DNA of 62,893 nt, filler included, from Reclinomonas americana ATCC 50394 (lineage: Eukaryota), in the NCBI GenBank assembly GCA_048213135.1. It is 9 parts of 3 records of this genome, joined end to end, with 100 filler letters (N's around TTAATTAATTAA, not from the genome) between each part and the next. Parts side by side here need not be neighbours in the genome. Positions count along the whole stretch, not along the records: positions 52,792 to 58,720 come from PS015304.1; positions 58,821 to 62,893 come from PS015304.1; 7 more parts are not named here. One strand, written 5' to 3'. Every line of letters starts with the position of its first letter. Within the stretch, counting starts at the first letter, position 1. The notes under the pieces are model-generated. The model had not been told where the DNA came from. It saw only the letters and a program-made list of their open reading frames with translations, and did no database searches. Shown here one piece after another: positions 52,808 to 62,893 of this stretch. The position numbers and the translations under genes are program-made.

Positions 52808-55800
52808 CTAATGTATTGGAAGGCCTCCTCCACCGAATGCTTGCGGGTGTCGAGAATGATGCGTTGGAAGCTGGCCGACACAATCTGCAAGTCCACGCAC
52901 AATGAGCAAAGCAAGTTACACAAATATGGTCACGCACGACGCACCGTGCATCCCATGTCGCGGAACGTGGCCAGAAGGTGCATCAGCACCTTGTGCATGA
53001 TAGAGTGCACCACCGTGTGCAACGCCGGGTCGTGCATCATCGACGAGGGTGAGCGTAGCCAGCTACATGCGACAATGAGCTTCATCGTCGCGCGGTGGGA
53101 ATCGACAAAAAGACACACACTGACCGATAGATGTTGTGGAGCAGCTTGTCGGCGAGATTGTTGCGTGTGACGCGCAGATCGTTCAGCCAGTTCACAATAG
53201 TCTGCTTGAGGACACGGAAGGCACTCATGCACATGGCCGACTCGTCCTGCCATGCCCACCGCCGAGCCCACTCGGCCGAGGCTGCAGCAGCCGCCATTTG
53301 TGCCCGACGATTGCCCTGGCTGGCACCACCGGCGGCGCCACTGGCTCTGTGCGCATGCTCGGCGTGAGATACGGCGCTCGTCACCACACAGACATCACAG
53401 GAGAGCACGCAACATTATTGACTCAGCCTCTCCTCCGCCCGCCGCGGCCTGCTGCGCAAACGCATTGGCCACATTCGCGGACGCCAGTGACGACGCTGAC
53501 TCGTACAAACTCAACGCATCGGCACCTGTACGGACACACAGTGTCAGTCTACTCGCACGGCAACCAATGACCGACCGATACTGCGCGTGCGACTTGCCTT
53601 CCAATGAATAGATGATCTGTGAGGCGATGATGGAGTTGACGTCGAGCGCCGACACCTCCAGCTCGAGGCACACGGTCCGATAGATGCCAGGTGTGGACAC
53701 GTGCGGATTGCGCGACGATGAGCAGCCGCTGCCAGGATGCGCAGCCACACTCTCGAGAATCTCAAACGAGTTGAGCAGTGCGTCGTCCTCCTCGATGCCT
53801 CCAAGATCCGGCAACGTGCTATCCGACGCCCACAACAGGTGATTGTGCTCGCGCAACGATCGAGCATAGTGCAAGTCGGCTGTCTGCAGAATGGGATCGG
53901 CGTCGAGATTGCCGACAGGCACCTGAGCGTATGCCGACCACACCAACGAGTCTTGAACCTGTGCATCACGGTTGTGAGATGACCTGACTGTCGTTGACAT
54001 CGCCACGATCAAGTTGCGTACCATGCTCGGAATCCACAGCAGGCGCCACACAAGCGCGTGCGCCACACGCCGCTGGAACCACTGCAGCATGGTGAACTCG
54101 GCCGCGTCGGAGACCCAGTGTCCGCGAATCACCGGCAACTCTTGCAACACCTGCACACGCACACAGATGGTGGCGTGAGAAACACAATGTCGGCGGCAGC
54201 TGCACCCATCGAAATCCACGCAACCGGGAACTGGCGATGCAGTGTCGAGTTGTCCAGTGGCGAAGAGGCAATGACTACGGTCGGCGCGCGCCTCGAGGAT
54301 AGGTACTGTGTAAGTCGATTGTGCAGGCGACCAAAGGCCTCCGCATCAGTGGCGGCAAATGCCGTCTGTAAGTGTGGCGTGTGGCAATGAGTCAGTGGTC
54401 GACACCCTTACTTGCGTGGATGCATCATTTGATGGCCACACCTCAAACTGCCAGTCGGGAGCCACCGATCGGTATGGTGTGTCGGCACGTCTGAGGCACT
54501 CGCTGAGAACACGCTTCCATCGCGGTTCCTCGTGTGTGGTTGGCCCGACGGCCACCACAAACACCTTGCCGCTGCTCATGAAATCGAACTCCCCAATGGC
54601 AGGCTACGGCGAAAATGAGTCACGACAACTCATCTCCAAACACTCACAGGAAAAACACGACGCAACATCGCTGGCATGAACGCGCGAGGGCACAGGGTTG
54701 GGCATGAACAATGCGTACGCCGCTCGCTTGTCGTTCACATCGTCGGGACACATGTGGTAAAAGGCCACAGTGCGGAAGTTGCTCTGCTCGACGTACGAAA
54801 CGCCCGGCGATGCCGCCTCCAGATCCCGCAGCTGCAGCTCGTCATGCAGCGACTTGCGCGAGTCGCTCGACAGCTTCCACACGCAGCCGAGGCTGGCAAT
54901 GACGCGGAACACCGGCGGCACGTGCAACTCATACACGCCCTCCACGTCGCGCGACTGGAACTTTTCGTTCAGTTCCTGCGGCGCAACAACGCGGTGAGTT
55001 GCCGTGCCAAGTAACAGAACAAAGTGAGCACAAACCGCTCGCTTGCTGAGGAATTCTTGCTCGCTGAGTGAGACCTCGTAGAGGAACGAACGCGGACGGC
55101 ATCTGGGAAGAATGCGCGCGACATTGATCATGCTCTTGTCCTCGGTTTGAATTTCCTGCGACGAAACGATGAGGCGCTGGAATGCAGAAGTGCTTCACAG
55201 CAAATTACGGCTCACCGGCTGCGGCACAAAGCTGTTCAAGAAGAATACACGTGGTACGTGCACCGTCAGCGGATGCAATGCGGAACCAACGAGTGCCCAC
55301 ACGCGATAGACGCCAGGCTGCACACGTGTGTGATCAGCGGAAATCAATACATCTTGTCGGGCACACAAGCACGTACCCGCTGCAACTGCGGCACAATGGA
55401 AATCACACGAATGGGCTGATCACGCGACTGCCGATTGAGCAGCATGGACGACAGCAGTCCGCCGCCCGCACTGCGCACACAGTCGATTGAGTGTGACAAC
55501 GGACACAACATGTAATCTTCTCGTAGAGTACACCACACACCCTCGTTGTGCGCGTGGGTCCTGCTCTCCGGCATCGCTGGCCAACTTGCGTCGCTTCATC
55601 TCCTCGCGACCGACTCGCCACTGCGCAGTGCAGAGATGAGCACGCCGCCACCTCTTGGATCAAGAAAAAGACTGCGCTCTTCTGCGTACCTTCTCCTTGA
55701 CGCGCTCGAGCCACGTCTCAAACGTGGGATGATCGAAGAACTCGCGCCCGAGTGTTTCCTTGCTGGCATCTGCGCCGGTGAAGAAACGCTCCTCGAAGCG

Positions 55801-58800
55801 TTGCAATCGCCGCCGCTCCACTCGTGCCGCCTTGGCGGCGGCGTCTTCAATCTGTGCGACGGCAACCACAGGGGCCACCACTTCATCCTCTTCCATTGCA
55901 CCACCATCGTCGTCGTCGTCGCCGACGCGAGTGCTGTATGCGTGTGACAGCAGTGAAAATCAATCATCTTCCCGCACATGCACTCAACATTCACAGACAC
56001 ACAAACCGTTTCAGCGAATGAACGCGCGGCTGCGGTGCTCCACCAGAGCCCGACGCACGACCGAAATCCTCCATGTCTTTCAGAGCCGCCTCTGTGACAG
56101 CCGGAATAAGTCGAGTGAGACTCTCACTTGCCAGCAAGAAAGAGCGCAACTGGCTGCAACGGCGGCGCCAAACATGTCGCCGATCTTGCGCTGCTGGTGC
56201 GCCGTGGACGCTGCCTTGAGACGCGCCAGCAACCACGCTGCGTACACATAATACACACGAGTGAGTGGCAGACAATGCACGTGGAGGGAATAGTGCGCCA
56301 AAGACTCACGAGGGTGTGGCACACGAGGCACGGGATTGCTGACACGTTGGTAGGCCGCCGGAATGGTGATGATCTTCTGAATGGTTGAGCTGAGGCGCCA
56401 CACGTAGTAGTCCCAGTCAACCAGATCGCGCAACAAGGCGGTTTGGTCGTCGACAGGCAAACCGACCTGCACAACTTTTCAGTCGGCACAGGTCCCACTT
56501 GGCCAGGGAAGACACGCCCTGCTCACCTCCTTTGTCCACTGCGCCAGACGCACACGCTGCTCGGCCTCGGAGGCGTGGAAGATTTGCGTGGGAATGGCAC
56601 GCTCCGTCACAGGTCGCGTGGGCGGGTACTTGGAAATGATGAACGAGCAATTGAGTCCCTGTGTGTTCTCCGGCTCGGTACCGAGAAAGTCGGCCAGACG
56701 CCGCGCAGTGGTGATGGCAGAGCTCTTGCGCCCGTCATACGCCGACAGATTCTACACGTGGCATGAGTGGTAGGAATGTGAGAAACTCAAACACACCGCC
56801 AAACACGCACCTTGCTCATGTTGGAGCTCTCTGTGATGAGATCCAGCACGGCATCTGGCGGCATTTCAGTGCCCTTGGAGAACAGCACGTCGAGCCAGCG
56901 GTTCGCCACGGCCCCGACGGCGGCGTAACACTCGTCGAGGGTGTAGCCCTCCAGGAAGCTCTTGAAGACCTCGGTTTGGAACACCTGTGTTGTCGTTGTT
57001 GGTGCGAGGTGAGAGCGTGTTACTTGGCACACAATGCCCCCTTGTTTCCTCGTACCTTGATGAGCTGCAACTCGCCACGTCGCTTGATCTCGAAACCCTT
57101 GAGTTCGGCAATCCCGCCGTCGTCGTTGAATACGGCGTAGCGCTTCTTGATGTTCTTCCCCTCCTCCTTGGAGGCCGGCAACACCATGGCTCGGTACGGA
57201 CCGTCGACTTCGAAGAAGATGGAGCACTCGCTCTTGATGGTGTACGCGCCGCGCTCCTTGTCCAGATCCTGATACTGGTGATTGGAGAAGAGCCGATTGA
57301 CATCGTGGTTCAGCATGACACCCGGGTAGGAGATGACGTGCGACGGTTTCTTCGGGTTGCGTGACAGGAACTGCGCATCTCGTTGGGTTGGCAACCATGC
57401 AGGCGAATGAGATGCAAGCACAAACACGCGTACCTTGAAGTTTTCCGGGAACGAAGCCGGCAGCACACACCAGATGCCGTCAGTGTCCAGCTCGAGCGGC
57501 TGTCCGATGCGGTCGACCAAGCGACGAGCCATCTTGATGATCTCGGCGCCGGTCAGCGTCACTGTGCGGAGGTTCAGCATGACCATGCAACAAGCGGGTT
57601 TGTTGATGCACGTGCTCACCAATGCCGGCCATTTGCATCGAGTACCAGCGGGCACCCTTGCGCATCACATAGCCGTAGAACGAGTTCAAGATGCACTTGT
57701 GCGCCAGCTGCATCGACTCGTACAGCACAATCATGTTGTTCGCACGCTCGACTCCGAGCGGATCACCAGCCGATTTGGCCGCACCCAACTTGCCTTGCCA
57801 CGTCTGTCATGCACGCATTTCACCTCAGCCTCTTTCTCCCCTTCCACCACAAATGAGCGCACACTCTCCGTGCTCACCTTTAGCAGAATCTTGTACTCGT
57901 AGCGACGATCGCGGAAGGCGCGCACTGTGTCCACGTAGAACGGGTTCTCGCGTTGGCACACAATGTCCTGGGTGGCGGACACACAAGGAATCAGTTGTAA
58001 CAAATCCAACAACAATCATCTACACACACATACACACCGTGCGCTCTTCCGTTTCCGTTTCGTGCACGCGCTTGTACACCTTGCGTGTGTAGTCCGACAG
58101 GCGCTTCTTCAGCAGGCGTGACCGGTGCTCCTCCGGCAGCTCGTGGAAGCTGACGATCTTGGTTTCGCCAGTCGTCATGTCCTTCTCGGGGAACCGCTCA
58201 CTCTGCAGTTGCAACTTGATGTGCTCGTACTCGGGGCGCGTCGACTTGAAGTACTCGCCACGCCACGCCCACTTCATGCGCCGCTGACTTCGCTCGTTGT
58301 GAACACACAGATGAGTTGTCATAAGCCGCGCGCCCGAGGCGATGCAAAACAAACCAGTGAGTGTCGGGTCGATTGTGCACGCAGGCGGCACACGTTGTCT
58401 CGTCGACCATGGACGGCGGCTGGAGACGATTGGTGAGGATAATGTTGGGGTACATGGCACCGACATCCAAGTGATAGATCAGCGGCCGCTCATCACGTCG
58501 TGGCTGGTCGCGCAGCGCCTGCAGCGCCTCCACAATCTCGTCACGCACTTGCTCGTAGTTGGTGACATCGTCGAAATCGAGGCCACCCTCGACCGTGATG
58601 GCGAACCGCAGCGCGTCGTCCAGATTGTCAATGAGCTGCGACGCAGCAATCAGCACACACACACGCAACAAAGTGGAGTTCAAAAACACGTGCAAGTCGA
58701 CTGCACCTCTTGGTAGGCGGNNNNNNNNNNNNNNNNNNNNNNNNNNNNNNNNNNNNNNNNNNNNTTAATTAATTAANNNNNNNNNNNNNNNNNNNNNNNN

Positions 58801-60979
58801 NNNNNNNNNNNNNNNNNNNNATTGCTGTCGTTCTTGGCAAAACCCAGTTCCTGCATCGCCCCCCACTCAACATCGTGAGCACTCGCAGCAAGAGGCGACG
58901 GAGGAGCGTGGCGACTCACCTGCTTCAGCCACAGTCCGTGCACCGCCATACGAGCATCGATGAACGGCCAGTCGAAGTAGTCGCCGTTGTAGGTGACATA
59001 CACCAGCGGCTTCAGCTCCTTCATGTGCGCCACCCATCTCCGCAACAGTGCGGCCTCGTTGGGCTCGTTGAACACCTCGAAGAAGCCCGGATATTCTGGC
59101 TTGGGAGTGTACTCGAAATCCTCAATGTCGGCCGACACCACGTCGCTGATCTCTCAGTGAGAAGCAGAGAGGAGGAGGAAAGGACACGGGGGAGGGCGCA
59201 CCGATTGATGATGAGAAAGCCCTGTCCATCGACCATGTACGAGATCATCATCACCACATCCGACGCGGGATCGGGGAACTTGAGCGGCTGCTTGGTGGTC
59301 TCGATATCAAAGGCGCACACACGCGGCTCGGCACGCTCCTCCAGATCCTGCGACGCACATCGCGGAGGTGTCAGGTTGGAGGCAGTGAAGCGCCACCACC
59401 ACCATCAACACTCTAACCACACCTTGCGATGAAACAATGACGCCGTGCCCTCCTCCCACGTCACTTCGTACCAGTAGCCGACACGAACGCCTGCACACAC
59501 ACACACACACNNNNNNNNNNNNNNNNNNNNNNNNNNNNNNNNNNNNNNNNNNNNNNNNNNNNNNNNNNNNNNNNNNNNNNNNNNNNNNNNNNNNNNNNNN
59601 NNNNNNNNNNNNNNNNNNNNNNNNNNNNNNNNNNNNNNNNNNNNNNNNNNNNNNNNNNNNNNNNNNNNNNNNNNNNNNNNNNNNNNNNNNNNNNNNNNNN
59701 NNNNNNNNNNNNNNNNNNNNNNNNNNNNNNNNNNNNNNNNNNNNNNNNNNNNNNNNNNNNNNNNNNNNNNNNNNNNNNNNNNNNNNNNNNNNNNNNNNNN
59801 NNNNNNNNNNNNNNNNNNNNNNNNNNNNNNNNNNNNNNNNNNNNNNNNNNNNNNNNNNNNNNNNNNNNNNNNNNNNNNNNNNNNNNNNNNNNNNNNNNNN
59901 NNNNNNACCCCATCACTCTCATCATCAGCAGCCAGTAGATATATGTGGAGGGCGACACACAGACCCTCGTCGATGCAGACACGAATGTGGAACGGCACAT
60001 CGTACTCGCGCATGTCGATGATCGCGCCGAGGTAGTCGGTGGTCGGGGCAGCAGCGCCACCGGCCGCCGCAGCCGCCACGGCGGCAGCTCCCGATGCCAT
60101 GGACACGGCGGGTCCACCGCGCAGACCGAGTTCCTTTTCGGCCTCGGCCACACGCTCCGAGTCCTTGCGTCGCTGATTGTTTTGCACCACCGGCAGCAGC
60201 TCATTGCGCACCGCCAGCAGATCCTGCGTGTTGCGGAACAGCAGCCGCATGTACAATCGTTGCAGACCGGCCAAGTGGTTCGGCTGCGATGCGTGCGTCA
60301 GAGATGGACAGGGAAAGAGAGTGATCAGGGAGCGGGCGCACCATGTCGAGATCCTCCATCATCACCATCTGCACGCGGCTCAGTTGGCCTTCGTATTTGG
60401 TCATCAGGTAGTTCTCCACATCATGCTCGAGGCCCTCCTGCACAGGCACTGGTGAGTACACCCTCCTTCACGTGTAGGAAGAGAGATGGGGCGAGACCTT
60501 GACAGCAATGTAAAAGTACGGTTCGCGCTTGATGGTGGCCTTGAACGTCTGTCCATCCGGCTGCACAAAGTACAGATCGATGCCCGAGTGCGGCGACGCG
60601 CCCTCGCCCTCGTCCAACAACACCTGCAACAGCACACGTCAGCAGTCGCACACACGCACATGCCCGCGTGAGACGCAACTGTGCGCAAGTTGACCAGCCA
60701 ACCGAGTCGCTTCGGTCCCTCCAGCAACCGCGGGAAGCCAAACACCGCGTCGGTGGCGTTCCATTGTGCACGCATCTGTGCGGCTTTTGATTGCCGCGCG
60801 GCGGCGTTGGCATCGGCGCTGATGGAGTGACTTTTGAGTGCAAAGGTGTGTGTGATAGGAGAGGGAGAGACTCACCTGCTCTGGCCGCCTACATAGGAGA
60901 CTTTGCTGCCTCCGCGACCGCCACTGCGCGATGCAGCGCCGCGACGGCCCATGAAGCCGCCGCGACCGAGCCCGCTCAT
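52808..60979 (-). CDS. POLE: DNA polymerase epsilon catalytic subunit (gapped; C-terminal zinc-finger region missing)
   Basis: [35 protein letters not shown] (ExoI), [30 protein letters not shown] (motif A), [14 protein letters not shown] (B), [11 protein letters not shown] (C), [28 protein letters not shown]1744 region [14 protein letters not shown]. Confidence 0.97.
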
Positions 60980-61020
60980 TGTGGAAGGAGAAGAAAAATG
61001 CTGCTTGGCAAACCCTGACA

Positions 61021-62130
61021 ATGGTGCTGCTCGCGCGCGGCAAAAGTTGTCTCTCTCTGTCCGCGCTGATGTTTCTCCTCCGTGCGACCCGCATCGCCGC
61101 TGCTCCCGCAGTGCGCCGCTCACGTTTCGTGCCCCGCGTGCGCACACTAGAGAAGGAGGAGGAGGAAGAGGAGAGAGCCACAGTCCCCGCCCTTTCCACC
61201 ACCGGCACCACTGGCACCCTGGCCACCACCGCCACGCTTCCCGCCTGCAACAACGTGCTCTACCTGCAAGATGTGAGTGGCTCCATGTTCGGCCAGCCAC
61301 TGCGCTCGTCGCACCAGCTGTGCACGGAGGCCTATCAGCAGTACGCTCAGGCGTGGCCGCCGCAGCAGCAGCCGCCACTGCGATTCGCCGTGCGCCTGTT
61401 TGGCTCGTCGTTGTCGCGCGAGACGATTCCCGCCGAGCGACTGTCCACGGTCAACTTTGAGGCGGCAAGCGTGGCGCAGAATCTCGCGTCGGCCACGGCC
61501 TTGTGGGACGCCACGTATGAGTCGCTGCAGCAGCTGATCCGGGCTCATGAGCGTGATCGCACTGGCAAGTTGCGTGCCCTCGTGTGTCGCTCGCGCTCGT
61601 CAATCGATTGTTGGTGACGGACGGAGGGGGGGAGAGAGTGCAGGTTGGTCAGTGCGTTGCACTTGGTCACCGATGACATGGACAACGCCAGTCGTCACAC
61701 GCGCGAGGAGGTGGACGCCCTGATCAAGTCGCTGGTGGCGCGCAAGCTGCCGATCCAGTTCAAGATTGTGTGCATCGGCTTCACGCCCGAGGCGCAGAGC
61801 AGCATCACGAGTCTGTTCGGTCGCAACCCCGCCTCCTCCTTCATCTTCCCGGCGGCACTCGGCAGCTTTGTCGGTGCCGTGGCCGGTCATGCACTGTTCC
61901 CGGGATTCGGCATGCCGTTCGGTTCTTCTGCTCCGCCTCCAGCGGCACCACCACCACCGGTGGATGACTACCAACAGCAGCAGCAGCAGCAGGAGCAGGT
62001 CGATTATTCACAGGACCCACCACCGCCACCAGAGGCGCAGGAGCCGGCGTCCTGGTGGTCGAGTTGGACCGACAGCGACGGCGGTGACGGTGGTGGCGAT
62101 GGCGGAGGCGACGGCGGAGGTGGCGACTGA
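61021..62130 (+). CDS. von Willebrand factor A domain protein with P/Q-rich and Gly/Asp-rich tail
   Basis: VLYLQDVSGSM (MIDAS DxSxS), ATALWDA, LHLVTDDMDN, IVCIGF; one intron near 61582-61652; stop at 62130. Confidence 0.8.
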
Positions 62131-62893
62131 GAACCGTCGTGTTCAGAAAACACAATCCCGAACACGACCGGGTTGTGTATGTGTCGGCACTCAGCCGCAG
62201 TCACGATGGTGCGACTTTGTTGCAGAGCATGTGCAGAAGTGCTTGTTGTATATTGTATGGCAGTGCAGCTTGCAAACGCAGAAAGTTTCTGCGCCTGTGA
62301 ATCATGCAGAAATGCTTGTCGGATTTGTGTCGTGTTCCCTGCTTCCCCACAGTGCAGAACGTCTCTTCCGCAACCGCAGCATCGCGAAACCAACACCGAA
62401 ACCAACACAAACCTCGCGAGAGTCGATGTCGACTCGGTGTTTCACCGATGCATTGTCGCAGTCAAAATTCACTTTCTTCTTTGCACACACACGAGGGCCA
62501 TGGGTTATCCGGTTGCGTCTCACACTCCTCTCTCTTCTTACTCACTCTCTCTCTCTCTCACACACTCGCAAATGTGCATGCGCTTGCAGGAGTCGATTCG
62601 TGAGCGCGTGATTATCCGCCCGCAGGCGCGGATGGGTTTCATTTGGGATTCGTTGCGTCTGCCTCGTGTGTGTGCACTCTCTCCTTCCTCTCTCTCACAC
62701 ACACGCACACGCATTTATACACACAGCTCATACCCAGTCTTCCTGCAGCATCATGTTGCGCAGTCATATGCATGCATCGTCGGCTTGTTCGCATTTGCCC
62801 ACTCGCAGCGCTCTCTCTTCTTCACAGATGACTCCGTTGCGCAACACCTGCATGCAGCAGCACCACAAAAAAATTCACACAAACTCATGTATG

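Noticed and set aside
58285..58400. Apparent loss of the third Cys of the Pol epsilon Fe-S (CysX) motif (ORF track shows SQRRMKW)
   Set aside because: Splicing tg|t across the intron gives [19 protein letters not shown], so the Cys is conserved.

Overview
Eukaryotic (protist-like, probably flagellated) draft scaffold. It is GC-rich, gene-dense and carries many short spliceosomal introns (about 40-100 nt, mostly GT-AG, some GC-AG), abundant (CA)n/(GA)n microsatellites, N-gaps and eight artificial N44-TTAATTAATTAA-N44 spacers. Manually spliced gene models give transketolase, DNA polymerase epsilon catalytic subunit, SMC1, an ARHGAP39-like WW-MyTH4-RhoGAP, an MRNIP-like zinc-ribbon protein, an INTS14/VWA9 homologue, a protein kinase 5' fragment, an SRPBCC protein, an EcKL/APH-type kinase with a C-terminal TM helix, an HMG-box/ubiquitin-like protein, a 7TM-like protein, a vWA protein and two probable axonemal repeat proteins. 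The standout is a pair of paralogous minus-strand genes (about 1.8-6.4 kb and 8.7-13.1 kb). Each encodes an atypical Hsp70 (NBD, divergent SBD, lid) fused in frame to a C-terminal Rab-like GTPase (G1-G5 present, switch-II Gln replaced). The one visible C-terminus ends in a CXC geranylgeranylation motif (KCAC*). SMC1 and ARHGAP39 look scrambled only because several contigs are in the right order but reversed orientation. All homology calls are from motif recognition by eye; no searches were run.
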